Assembly: GCA_964016885.1 (NCBI GenBank)
Contig: OZ024742.1
Coordinates: forward strand, 204,972,001 to 205,036,000
DNA: 64,000 nt
Direction of reading: 5' to 3'
From: Eledone cirrhosa
Taxonomy: Eukaryota
Position numbers and translations under genes: made by a program. Shown here in pieces: positions 1 to 14,500 of the stretch (position 1 is its first letter; every line of letters starts with the position of its first letter). The notes below the pieces were generated by a model, which saw only the letters and a list, made by a program, of their open reading frames with translations, had not been told where the DNA came from and did not search any database.

Positions 1-124
1 TGAAACTGACAGTTGATAGCCTGTCTGCCTGGGACAGTGCATAGACAGTCTAACTGCGACATTAGATAGACTGTCTGACTGGGACATTAGATAGACAGTA
101 TGACTGGGACAGTAGATAGACATT

Positions 125-233
125 CTGGCTGAGACACTAGGTAGACAATTATGAAAGGTAAATAATTTTATGTAAGACTTATATCCTTTTGTTTGTGTGT
201 CTGCTTCTCCATGTTTTCTATCTGTTTATCCAG
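125..233 (+). repeat. Non-satellite interrupting module, short type A (GT 158 to AG 233, 76 nt); second copy GT 3454
   Basis: CTGGCTGAGACACTAGGTAGACAATTATGAAAG|GTAAATAATTTTATGTAAGACTT...TTCTATCTGTTTATCCAG|TAGATAG. Lacks the 10-nt ATATTTGTCT present in types B and C. Confidence 0.95.
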
Positions 234-3200
234 TAGATAGACTGTCTGACTGTGACAGTTGAAAGACAGTCTGACTGGGACAGAAGATAGACAGTGTGAC
301 TTGAACAGTAGATAGACAGTCTAACTGGGACAGTAGATAGACTGTCTAACTGGAACAGTAGATAGACTGTGTGACAGTAGATAGACTCTCTGCCTAGGAC
401 AGTTCATAGACAGTTTCCCTAAGACATTAGATAGACTGTCTGTCTGGGACAGTCATAGACTATCTGACTGAGACAGTTTATAGACTGTCTGCCTGGGACA
501 CTTGATAGACAGTTTAACTGGGACAGTAGATAGAGTGCCTAACTGTGACAGTAGATAGACTCTCTTACTGGAACAGTAGATAGACTGTCTGTCTGGGACA
601 GTTCATAGACAGTCTACCTGGGACATTAGATAGACTTCTGACTGGGCCAGTAGATAGACTGTCTGCCTGCGACAGTTCATAGACAATCTACCTGGCACAT
701 TAGATAGACTTCTGACTGTGCCAGTAGATAGACTATCTGACTGAGACAGTTTATAGACTGTCTGACTGGGACAGTAGATAGACTGTCTGACTGGGACACT
801 TGATAGACTGTCTGACTGGGACAGTAGATAGACTGTCTGTCTGGGACAGTTGATAGACAGTCTGACTGGGACAGTTGATAGACTGTCTGACTGGGACAGC
901 GGATAGACTGTCTAACTGGGACAGTTCTTAGACAGTCTAACTGGGACATTAGATAGACTCTCTGACTGGGACAGTAGATAGACTGTCTGACTGTGACAGT
1001 TGATAGTCAGCCTGGCTGGAACAGTTGATAGACTGTCTGACTGGGACAGTAGATAGACTGTCTGACTGGGACAGTAGATAGACTGTGTGACTCTGACAGT
1101 AGATAGACTGTGTGACTGTGACAGTATATAGAATGTCTGCCTGGGACAGTTCATAGACAGTCTAACTGGGACATTAGATAGACAGTCTGACTGGGACAGT
1201 AGATAGACTGTGAAACTGTGACAGTTGATAGCCTGTCTGCCTGGGACAGTGCATAGACAGTCTAACTGCGACAGTGCATAGACAGTCTAACTGCGACATT
1301 AGATAGACTGTCTGACTGGGACAGTAGATAGACAGTATGACTGGGACAATTGATAGACTGTCTGACTGGGACAGCGGTTAGACTGTCTAACTGGGACAGT
1401 TCATAGAAAGTTTAACTGGGACAGTTCATAGACAGTTTAACTGGGACATTAGATAGACTCTCTGACTGGGACAGTAGATAGACTGTTTGACTGTGACAGT
1501 TGATAGACAGCCTGACTGGAACAGTTGATAGACTGTCTGACTGGGACATTAGATAGACAGTCTGACTGGGACAGTAGATAGACTGTCTTACTGGGACAGT
1601 ATATAGACTGTGAGACTGTGACAGTAGATAGACTGTCTGCCTGGGACAGTTCATAGACAGTCTAACTGGGACATTAGATAGACTGTCTAACTGGAACAGT
1701 AGATAGTCTATCTGACTGGGACAGTCGATAGGCTGTCTGTCTGGGACTGTTGATAGACAGTTTAACTGGGACAGTAGATAGACTGTCTGACTGGGACAGT
1801 AGATAGACTGTTTGACTGGGACAGTTCATAGACAGTCTAACTGGGACATTAGATAGACTGTCGGACTGGGACAGTAGATAGACTGTCTGACTGGGACAGT
1901 AGGTAGAATGTCTCACTGTGACAGTAGATAGACAGTCTGACTGGGAGAGTTGATAGACTGTCTGACTGACAGTTGATAGACTGTCTGACTGACAGTTCAT
2001 AGACAGTCTAACTGGGACATTAGATAGACTGTCTGACAGGACCAGTAGATAAACTGTCTGACTGAGACAGTTGATAGACTGTGTGACTGGGACAGTTGAT
2101 AGACAGTTCAACTGGGACAGTAGATAGACTGTCTGACTGGGACAGTTGATAGACAGTCTAACTGTAAAAGTAGATAGACTGTCTAACTGGGATAGTAGAT
2201 AGACAGTCTAACTGGGACAGTTGATAGACATTCTAACTGGAACAGTAGATAGACTGTCTAACTGGAACAGTAGATAGACTGTCTAACTGGAATAGTAGAT
2301 AGACTGTCTAACTGGAACAGTAGATAGACTGTCTAACTGGAACAGTAGATAGACTGTCTAACTGGAACAGTAGATAGACTATGTGACTGGGACAGTTGAT
2401 AGACAGTTTAACTGGGACAGTAGATACACTGTCTGACTGGGACAGTTCTTAGACAGTCTGACTGGGACAGTAGATAGACTGTTTGACTGTGACAGTTGAT
2501 TGACAGCCTGACTGGAACAGTTGATAGACTGTCTGACTGGGACAGTAGATAGACTGTCTGCTTGGGACAGTTCATAGACAGTCTAACTGGGATATTACAT
2601 AAACTCTCTGACTGGGGCAGTAGATAGACTGTCTGACTGAGACAATCAATAGACTGTGTGACTGGGACAGTTGATAGACAGTGTAACTGCGACAGTAGAT
2701 AGACTGTCTGTCTGGGACAGTAGATAGACTTTCTAACTGGAACAGTAGATAGACTGTCTGCCTGGGACAGTTCATAGACATTCTACCTGGGACATTAGAT
2801 AGACTTCTGACTGGGCTAGTAGATAGACTATCTGACTGAGACAGTGTATAGACTGTCTCCTGGGACAGTAGATAGGCTGTCTGACTGGGACACTTGATAG
2901 ACTGTCTGACTGGGACAGTTGATAGGCAGTCTGACTGGGACAGTTGATAGACTGGCTGACTGGGTCAGCGCATAGACTGTCTAACTGGGACAGTTCATAG
3001 AAAGATTAACTGGGCCAGTTCTTAGACAGTCTAACTGGGACATTAGATAGACTCTCTGACTGGGACAGTAGTTAGACTGTATGAGTGTGACAGTTGATAG
3101 TCAGCCTGGCTGGAACAGTTGATAGACTGTCTGACTGGGACAGTAGATTGACTGGGACAGTAGATAGACTGTGTGACTGTGACAGTAGATAGACTGTGTG

Positions 3201-6200
3201 ACTGTGACAGTATATAGAATGTCTGCCTGGGACAGTTCATAGACAGTCTAACTGGGACATTAGATAGACAGTCTGACTGGGACAGTAGCTAGACTGTGAA
3301 ACTGACAGTTGATAGCCTGTCTGCCTGGGACAGTGCATAGACAGTCTAACTGCGACATTAGATAGACTGTCTGACTGGGACATTAGATAGACAGTATGAC
3401 TGGGACAGTAGATAGACATTCTGGCTGAGACACTAGGTAGACAATTATGAAAGGTAAATAATTTTATGTAAGACTTATATCCTTTTGTTTGTGTGTCTGC
3501 TTCTCCATGTTTTCTATCTGTTTATCCAGTAGATAGACTGTCTGACTGTGACAGTTGAAAGACAGTCTGACTGGGACAGAAGATAGACAGTGTGACTTGA
3601 ACAGTAGATAGACAGTCTAACTGGGACAGTAGATAGACTGTCTAACTGGAACAGTAGATAGACTGTGTGACAGTAGATAGACTCTCTGCCTAGGACAGTT
3701 CATAGACAGTTTCCCTAAGACATTAGATAGACTGTCTGTCTGGGACAGTCATAGACTATCTGACTGAGACAGTTTATAGACTGTCTGCCTGGGACACTTG
3801 ATAGACAGTTTAACTGGGACAGTAGATAGAGTGCCTAACTGTGACAGTAGATAGACTCTCTTACTGGAACAGTAGATAGACTGTCTGTCTGGGACAGTTC
3901 ATAGACAGTCTACCTGGGACATTAGATAGACTTCTGACTGGGCCAGTAGATGGACTATCTGACTGAGACAGTTTATAGACTGTCTGCCTGGGACACTTGA
4001 TAGACAGTTTAACTGGGACAGTAGATAGACTGCCTAACTGGGACAGTAGATAGACTCTCTTACTGGAACAGTAGATAGACTGTCTGCCTGGGACAGTTCA
4101 TAGACAGTCTACCTGGGACATTAGATAGACTTCTGACTGGGCCTGTAGATAGACTATCTGACTGAGACAGTGTATAGACTGTCTGCCTGAGATAGTAGAT
4201 AGGCTGTCTGACTGGGACACTTGATAGACTGTCTGACTGGGACAGTAGATAGACTGTCTGACTGGGACAGTTGATAGACAGTCTGACTGGGACAGTTGAT
4301 AGACTGTCTGACTGGGTCAGCGGATAGACTGTCTAACTGGGACAGTTCATAGAAAGTTTAACTGGGACAGTTCATAGACAGTCTAACTGGGACATTATAT
4401 AGACTCTCTGACTAGACAGTAGATAGACTGTCTGCCTGGGACAGTTCATAGACAATCTACCTGGCACATTAGATAGACTATCTGACTGAGACAGTTTATA
4501 GACTGTCTGACTGGGACACTTGATAGACTGTCTAACTGGGACAGTTGATAGACAGTCTGACTCGGACAGTTGATAGACTGTCTGACTGGGACAGCGAATA
4601 GACTGTCTAACTGGGACAGTTCATAGAAAGTTTAACTGGGACAGTTCTTAGACAGTCTAACTGGGATATTAGATAGACTCTCTGACTGGGACAGTAGATA
4701 GACTGTCTGCCTGCGACAGTTCATAGACAATCTACCTGGCACATTAGATAGACTTCTGACTGTGCCAGTAGATAGACTATCTGACTGAGACAGTTTATAG
4801 ACTGTCTGACTGGGACAGTAGATAGACTGTCTGACTGGGACACTTGATAGACTGTCTGACTGGGACAGTAGATAGACTGTCTGTCTGGGACAGTTGATAG
4901 ACAGTCTGACTGGGACAGTTGATAGACTGTCTGACTGGGACAGCGGATAGACTGTCTAACTGGGACAGTTCTTAGACAGTCTAACTGGGACATTAGATAG
5001 ACTCTCTGACTGGGACAGTAGATAGACTGTCTGACTGTGACAGTTGATAGTCAGCCTGGCTGGAACAGTTGATAGACTGTCTGACTGGGACAGTAGATAG
5101 ACTGTCTGACTGGGACAGTAGATAGACTGTGTGACTCTGACAGTAGATAGACTGTGTGACTGTGACAGTATATAGAATGTCTGCCTGGGACAGTTCATAG
5201 ACAGTCTAACTGGGACATTAGATAGACAGTCTGACTGGGACAGTAGATAGACTGTGAAACTGTGACAGTTGATAGCCTGTCTGCCTGGGACAGTGCATAG
5301 ACAGTCTAACTGCGACAGTGCATAGACAGTCTAACTGCGACATTAGATAGACTGTCTGACTGGGACAGTAGATAGACAGTATGACTGGGACAATTGATAG
5401 ACTGTCTGACTGGGACAGCGGTTAGACTGTCTAACTGGGACAGTTCATAGAAAGTTTAACTGGGACAGTTCATAGACAGTTTAACTGGGACATTAGATAG
5501 ACTCTCTGACTGGGACAGTAGATAGACTGTTTGACTGTGACAGTTGATAGACAGCCTGACTGGAACAGTTGATAGACTGTCTGACTGGGACATTAGATAG
5601 ACAGTCTGACTGGAACATTAGATAGACAGTCTGACTGGGACAGTAGATAGACTGTCTTACTGGGACAGTATATAGACTGTGAGACTGTGACAGTAGATAG
5701 ACTGTCTGCCTGGGACAGTTCATAGACAGTCTAACTGGGACATTAGATAGACTGTCTAACTGGAACAGTAGATAGTCTATCTGACTGGGACAGTCGATAG
5801 GCTGTCTGTCTGGGACTGTTGATAGACAGTTTAACTGGGACAGTAGATAGACTGTCTGACTGGGACAGTAGATAGACTGTTTGACTGGGACAGTTCATAG
5901 ACAGTCTAACTGGGACATTAGATAGACTGTCGGACTGGGACAGTAGATAGACTGTCTGACTGGGACAGTAGGTAGAATGTCTCACTGTGACAGTAGATAG
6001 ACAGTCTGACTTGGAGAGTTGATAGACTGTCTGACTGACAGTTGATAGACTGTCTGACTGACAGTTCATAGACAGTCTAACTGGGACATTAGATAGACTG
6101 TCTGACAGGACCAGTAGATAAACTGTCTGACTGAGACAGTTGATAGACTGTGTGACTGGGACAGTTGATAGACAGTTCAACTGGGACAGTAGATAGACTG

Positions 6201-9200
6201 TCTGACTGGGACAGTTGATAGACAGTCTAACTGGAAAAGTAGATAGACTGTCTAACTGGGACAGTAGATAGACAGTCTAACTGGGACAGTTGATAGACAT
6301 TCTAACTGGAACAGTAGATAGACTGTCTAACTGGAACAGTAGATAGACTGTCTAACTGGAACAGTAGATAGACTGTCTAACTGGAACAGTAGATAGACTG
6401 TCTAACTGGAACAGTAGATAGACTGTCTAACTGGAACAGTAGATAGACTATGTGACTGGGACAGTTGATAGACAGTTTAACTGGGACAGTAGATACACTG
6501 TCTGACTGGGACAGTTCTTAGACAGTCTGACTGGGACAGTAGATAGACTGTTTGACTGTGACAGTTGATTGACAGCCTGACTGGAACAGTTGATAGACTG
6601 TCTGACTGGGACAGTAGATAGACTGTCTGCTTGGGACAGTTCATAGACAGTCTAACTGGGATATTACATAAACTCTCTGCAGTAGATAGACTGTCTCACT
6701 GAGACAATCAATAGACTGTGTGACTGGGACAGTTGATAGACAGTTTAACTGCGACAGTAGATAGACTGTCTAACTGGAACAGTAGATAGACTGTCTGCCT
6801 GGGACAGTTCATAGACAGTCTACCTGGGACATTAGATAGACTTCTGACTGGCCCAGTAGATAGACTGACTGAGACAGTTTATAGACTGTCTGACTCGGAC
6901 ACTTGATAGACTGTCTGACTGGGACAGTAGATCGACTGTCTGTTTTGGACAGTTCATAGACAGTGTAATTGGGACAGTTCATACACAGTGTAACTGGGAC
7001 ATTAGTTAGACTGTCTGACTGGGACATTAGATAAACTGACTGGGCTAGTCGATAGACTGTCTGACTGGGACAGTAGATAGACTGTCTGACTGGGACAGTA
7101 GATAGACTGTCTGACTGGGACAGTTGATAGACAATCTGACTCGGACAGTTGATAGACTGTCTGACTGGGACAGCGAATAGACTGTCTAACTGGGACAGTT
7201 CATAGAAAGTTTAACTGGGACAGTTCTTAGACAGTCTAACTGGGACATTAGATAGACTGTCTGACTGGGACGGTAGATAGACAGTCTGCCTGGGACAGTT
7301 CAGAGACAGTCTAGCTGGGACATTAGATAGACTTCTGACTGGCCCAGTAGATAGACTGACTGAGACATTTTATAGACTGTCGGACTGGGACACTTGATAG
7401 ACTGTCTGACTGGGACAGTAGATAGACTGTCTAACTGGAACAGTAGATCGACTGTCTGTTTGGGACAGTTCATAGACAGTGTAACTGGGACATTAGTTAG
7501 ACTGTCTGACTGGGACATTAGATAGACTGACTGGGCCAGTCGATAGACTGTCTGACTGAGACAGTTCATAGACAGTCTGACTGGGACAGTTGATAGACTG
7601 TCTGACTGGGACAGTAGATAGACTGTTTGCCTGGGACAGTTCATAGACAGTGTAACTCGGAGATTAGATAGACTTCTGACTGGGACAGTTCATAGACAGT
7701 CTGACTGGAACAGTTGATAGACTGTCTGACTGGGACAGTAGATAGACTGTCTGCTTGGGACAGTTCATAGACAGTCTAACTGGGATATTACATAAACTCT
7801 CTGACTGGGGCAGTAGATAGACTGTCTCACTGAGACAATCAATAGACTGTGTGACTGGGACAGTTGATAGACAGTTTAACTGCGACAGTAGATAGACTGT
7901 CTGTCTGGGACAGTAGATAGACTGTCTAACTGGAACAGTAGATAGACTGTCTGCCTGGGACAGTTCATAGACAGTCTACCTGGGACATTAGATAGACTTC
8001 TGACTGGCCCAGTAGATAGACTGACTGAGACAGTTTATAGACTGTCTGACTCGGACACTTGATAGACTGTCTGACTGGGACAGTAGATCGACTGTCTGTT
8101 TTGGACAGTTCATAGACAGTGTAACTGGGACAGTTCATAGACAGTGTAACTGGGACATTAGTTAGACTGTCTGACTGGGACATTAGATAAACTGACTGGG
8201 CTAGTCGATAGACTGTCTGACTGGGACAGTAGATAGACTGTCTGACTGGGACAGTTGATAGACAATCTAACTCGGACAGTTGATAGACTGTCTGACTGGG
8301 ACAGCGAATAGACTGTCTAACTGGGACAGTTCATAGAAAGTTTAACTGGGACAGTTCTTAGACAGTCTAACTGGGACATTAGATAGACTGTCTGACTGGG
8401 ACGGTAGATAGACAGTCTGCCTGGGACAGTTCAGAGACAGTCTAGCTGGGACATTAGATAGACTTCTGACTGGCCCAGTAGATAGACTGACTGAGACAGT
8501 TTATAGACTGTCGGACTGGGACACTTGATAGACTGTCTGACTGGGACAGTAGATAGACTGTCTAACTGGAACAGTAGATCGACTGTCTGTTTGGGACAGT
8601 TCATAGACAGTGTAACTGGGACAGTTCATAGGCAGTGTAACTGGGACATTAGTTAGACTGTCTGACTGGGACATTAGATAGACTGACTGGGCCAGTCGAT
8701 AGACTGTCTGACTGAGACAGTTCATAGACAGTCTGACTGGGACAGTTGATAGACTGTCTGACTGGGACAGTAGATAGACTGTTTGCCTGGGACAGTTCAT
8801 AGACAGTGTAACTCGGAGATTAGATAGACTTCTGACTGGGACAGTTCATAGACAGTCTAACTTGGACAGTAGATAGCCTGTCTGACTGGGACTGTAGATA
8901 GACTGTCTGACTGGGACAATAGATAGACTGTCTGACTGGGACAGCGGCTAGACTGTCTAACTGGGAGAGTTCATAGAAAGTTTAACTGGGACTGTTCATA
9001 GACAGTCTAACTGGAACATTAGATAGACTCTCTGACTGGGACAGTAGATAGACTGTTTGACTGTGACAGTTGATTGACAGCCTGACTGGAACAGTTGATA
9101 GACTGTCTGACTGGGACAGTAGATAGACTGTCTGCTTGGGACAGTTCATAGACAGTCTAACTGGGATATTACATAAACTCTCTGACTGGGGCAGTAGATA

Positions 9201-11427
9201 GACTGTCTCACTGAGACAATCAATAGACTGTGTGACTGGGACAGTTGATAGACAGTTTAACTGCGACAGTAGATAGACTGTCTGTCTGGGACAGTAGATA
9301 GACTGTCTAACTGGAACAGTAGATAGACTGTCTGCCTGGGACAGTTCATAGACAGTCTACCTGGGACATTAGATAGACTTCTGACTGGCCCAGTAGATAG
9401 TCTGACTGAGACAGTTTATAGACTGTCTGACTGGGACACTTGATAGACTGTCTGACTGGGACAGTAGATCGACTGTCTGTTTTGGACAGTTCATAGACAG
9501 TGTAACTGGGACAGTTCATAGACAGTGTAACTGGGACATTAGTTAGACTGTCTGACTGGGACATTAGATAAACTGACTGGGCTAGCGATAGACTGTCTGA
9601 CTGGGACAGTAGATAGACTGTCTAACTGGAACAGTAGATCGACTGTCTGTTTGGGACAGTTCATAGACAGTGTAACTGGGACAGTTCATAGACAGTGTAA
9701 CTGGGACATTAGTTAGACTGTCTGACTGGGACATTAGATAGACTGACTGGGCCAGTCGATAGACTGTCTGACTGAGGCAGTTCATAGACAGTCTGACTGG
9801 GACAGTTGATAGACTGTCTGACTGGGACAGTAGATAGACTGTTTGCCTGGGACAGTTCATAGACAGTGTAACTCGGAGATTAGATAGACTTCTGACTGGG
9901 ACAGTTCGTAGACAGTCTAACTGGGACAGTAGATAGCCTGTCTGACTGGGACAGTAGATAGACTGTCTGACTGGGACAATAGATAGACTGTCTGACTGGG
10001 ACAGCGGCTAGACTGTCTAACTGGGAGAGTTCATAGAAAGTTTAACTGGGACTGTTCATAGACAGTCTAACTGGAACATTAGATAGACTCTCTGACTGGG
10101 ACAGTAGATAGACTGTTTGACTGTGACAGTTGATTGACAGCCTGACTGGAACAGTTGATAGACTGTCTGACTGGGACAGTAGATAGACTGTCTGCTTGGG
10201 ACAGTTCATAGACAGTCTAACTGGGATATTACATAAACTCTCTGACTGGGGCAGTAGATAGACTGTCTCACTGAGACAATCAATAGACTGTGTGACTGGG
10301 ACAGTTGATAGACAGTTTAACTGCGACAGTAGATAGACTGTCTGTCTGGGACAGTAGATAGACTGTCTAACTGGAACAGTTGATAGACTGTCTGCCTGGG
10401 ACAGTTCATAGACAGTCTACCTGGGACATTAGATAGTCTTCTGACTGGCCCAGTAGATAGACTGACTGAGACAGTTTATAGACTGTCTGACTCGGACACT
10501 TGATAGACTCTGACTGGGACAGTAGATAGACTGTCTAACTGGAACAGTAGATCGACTGTCTGTTTGGGACAGTTCATAGACAGTGTAACTGGGACAGTTC
10601 ATAGACAGTGTAACTGGGACATTAGTTAGACTGTCTGACTGGGACATTAGATAAACTGACTGGGCTAGTCGATAGACTGTCTGACTGGGACAGTAGATAG
10701 ACTGTCTGACTGGGACAGTTGATAGACTGTCTGACTGGGTCAGCGGATAGACTGTCTAACTGGGACAGTTCATAGAAAGTTTAACTGGGACAGTTCATAG
10801 ACAGTCTAACTGGGACATTAGATAGACTCTCTGACTGGGACAGTAGATAGACTGTCTGCCTGGGACAGTTAATAGACAATCTACCTGGGACATTAGATAG
10901 ACTTCTGACTGTGCCAGTAGATAGACTATCTAACTGAGACAGTTTATAGACTGTCTGACTGGGACAGTAGATAGACTGTCTGACTGGGACACTTGATAGA
11001 CTGTCTGACTGGGACAGTAGATAGACTGTCTGACTGGGACAGTTGATAGACAGTCTGACTGTGACAGTTGATAGACTGTCTGACTGGGACAGCAGATAGA
11101 CTGTCTAACTGGGACAGTTCATAGAAAGTTTAACTGGGACAGTTCTTAGACAGTCTAACTGGGACAGTAGATAGACTGTCTGACTGGGACAGTAGATAGA
11201 CTGTGACTCTGACAGTAGATAGACTGTGTGACTGTGACAGTATATAGAGTGTCTTCCTCGGACAGTTCATAGACAGTCGAACTGGGACATTAGATAGACA
11301 GTCTGACTGGGACAGTAGATAGACTGTCTTACTGGGACAGTAGATAGACTCTCTGCCTGGGACAGTTCATAGACAGTCTAACTGGGACATTAGATAGACT
11401 GTCTGACTGGGACAGTAGATAGACAGT

Positions 11428-11546
11428 CTGGCTGAGACACTAGGTAGACAATTATGAAAGGTAAATCATTTTACATAAGACTTACATCCTTTTGTTTGTG
11501 TGTCTGCTTCTCCATGTTTTCTATCTATATTTGTCTGGTTGTCCAG
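11428..11546 (+). repeat. Non-satellite interrupting module, type B (GT 11461 to AG 11546, 86 nt); further copies at GT 21450 and GT 26738
   Basis: Three copies share the diagnostic variants GTAAATCATTTTACATAAG and GTCTGGTTGTCCAG. Confidence 0.95.
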
Positions 11547-14500
11547 TAGATAGACTGTCTGACTGTGACAGTTGATAGACCATCTGACTGGGATAGTATA
11601 TAGACTGTCTGACTGGGATGGTAGATAGTCAGTGTGACTGGAACAGTAGATAGACTCTCTGTCTGGGACAGTTCATAGAAAGTCTACCTGGGATATTAGA
11701 TAGACTGTCTGACTGATACAGTAGATAGACTGTCTGACTGGGACAGTAGATAGACAGTCTAACTGGGACAGTAGATAGACAGTCTGGCTGGGACAGTAGA
11801 TACACTGTCTGACTGGGACAGTAGATAGACTATGTGAATGGGACAGTTGATAGACAGTCTAACTGGAACAGTAGATAGACTGTCTAACTGGAACAGTAGA
11901 TAGACTATGTGAATGGGACAGTTGATAGACAGTTTAACTGGGACAGTAAATACACTGTCTGACTGGGACAGTAAATAGACTGTTTGCCTGGAAAAGTACA
12001 TAGACAGTCTAACTGGGACATTAGATAGACTGTCTGACTGGGACAGTAGATAGACTGTCTGACTGAGACAGTAGATAGACTGTCTGACTGAGACAGTTAA
12101 TAGAGTGTGTGACTGGAACAGTTGATAGACAGTTTAACTGGCACAGTAGATAGACTGTCTGACTGGGACTGTAGATAGACTGTCTGCCTGGGACAGTTCA
12201 GAGACAGTCTAGCTGGGACATTAGATAGACTTCTGACTGGCCCAGTAGATAGACTGACTGAGACAGTTTATAGACTGTCTGACTGGGACACTTGATAGAC
12301 TGTCTGACTGGGACAGTAGATAGACTGTCTAACTGGAACAGTAGATCGACTGTCTGTTTGGGACAGTGTAACTGGGACAGTTCATAGACAGTGTAACTGG
12401 GACAGTTCATAGACAGTGTAACTGGGACATTAGTTAGACTGTCTGACTGGGACATTAGATAGATGGTCTGACTGGGACAGTTGATAGACAGTCTGACTCG
12501 GACAGTTGATAGACTGTCTGACTGGGACAGCGAATAGACTGTCTAACTGGGACAGTTCATAGAAAGTTTAACTGGGACAGTTCTTAGACAGTCTAACTGG
12601 GACATTAGATAGACTGTCTGACTGGGACAGTAGATAGACAGTATGATTGGGACAGTAGACAGACAGTCTGACTGAGACAGTTGATAGACTGTCTGACTGG
12701 GATAGTTCATAGACAGTCTAACTGGGACATTAGATAGACTGTCTGACTGGGACAGTTGATAGACAGTCTAACTGGGACATTAAATAGACTGTCTGACTGA
12801 GACAGTATATAGCCTGTCTGACTGGGACAGTAGATAGACTGTCTGACTGGGACAATAGATAGACTGTCTGACTGGGACAGCGGCTAGACTGTCTAACTGG
12901 GACAGTTCAATAGAAAGTTTAACTGGGACAGTTCATAGACAGTCTAACTGGGACATTAGATAGACTCTCTGACTGGGACAGTAGGTAGACTGTTTGACTG
13001 TGACAGTTGATTGACAGCCTGACTGGAACAGTTGATAGACTGTCTGACTGGGACAGTAGATAGACTGTCTGCTTGGGACAGTTCATAGACAGTCTAACTA
13101 GGATATTACATAAAGTCTCTGACTGGGGCAGTAGATAGACTGTCTGACTGAGACAATCAATAGACTGTGTGACTGGGACAGTTGATAGACAGTTTAACTG
13201 CGACAGTAGATAGACTGTCTGACTGGGACAGTAGATAGACTGTCTGACTGAGACAGTTGATAGACTGTCTGACTGAGACAGTTGATAGACTGGGACAGTT
13301 GATAGACAGCTTAACTGGCACAGTAGATAGACTGTCTGACTGGGACGGTAGATAGACTGTCTGCCTGGGACAGTTCAGAGACAGTCTAGCTGAGACATTA
13401 GATAGACTTCTGACTGGCCCAGTAGATAGACTGACTGAGACAGTTTATAGACTGTCGGACTGGGACACTTGATAGACTGTCTGACTGGGACAGTAGATAG
13501 ACTGTCTAACTGGAACAGTAGATCGACTGTCTGTTTGGGACAGTTCATAGACAGTGTAACTGGGACAGTTCATAGACAGCGTAACTGGGACATTAGTTAG
13601 ACTGTCTGACTGGGACATTAGATAGACTGTCTGACTGAGACAGTTTATAGACAGTCTGACTAGGACAGTAGATGGACTGTTTGCCTGGGACAGTTCATAG
13701 ACAGTGTAACTGGGAGATTAGATAGACTTCTAACTGGGACAGTTCATAGACAGTCTAACTGGAACAGTAGATAGCCTGTCTGACTGGGACAGTAGATAGA
13801 CTGTCTGACTGGGACAATAGATAGACTGTCTGACTGGGACAGCGGCTAGACTGTCTAACTGGGAGAGTTCATAGAAAGTTTAACTGGGACTGTTCATAGA
13901 CAGTCTAACTGGGACATTAGATAGACTCTCTGACTGGGACAGTAGATAGACTGTTTGACTGTGACAGTTGATTGACAGCCTGACTGGAACAGTTCATAGA
14001 ATGTCTGACTGGGACAGTAGATAGACTGTCTGCTTGGGACAGTTCATAGACAGTCTAACTGGGATATTACATAAACTCTCTGACTGGGGCAGTAGATAGA
14101 CTGTCTCACTGAGACAATCAATAGACTGTGTGACTGGGACAGTTGATAGACAGTTTAACTGCGACAGTAGATAGACTGTCTGTCTGGGACAGTAGATAGA
14201 CTGTCTAACTGGAACAGTAGATAGACTGTCTGCCTGGGACAGTTCATAGACAGTCTACCTGGGACATTAGATAGACTTCTGACTGGCCCAGTAGATAGAC
14301 TGACTGAGACAGTTTATAGACTGTCTGACTCGGACACTTGATAGACTGTCTGACTGGGACAGTAGATCGACTGTCTGTTTTGGACAGTTCATAGACAGTG
14401 TAACTGGGACAGTTCATAGACAGTGTAACTGGGACATTAGTTAGACTGTCTGACTGGGGCATTAGATAAACTGACTGGGCTAGTCGATAGACTGTCTGAC

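Noticed and set aside
136-146. CTAG|GTAGAC in each module as a canonical recursive splice site
   Set aside because: There is no polypyrimidine tract upstream, the donor is weak, and one lineage changes it to GTACAC.
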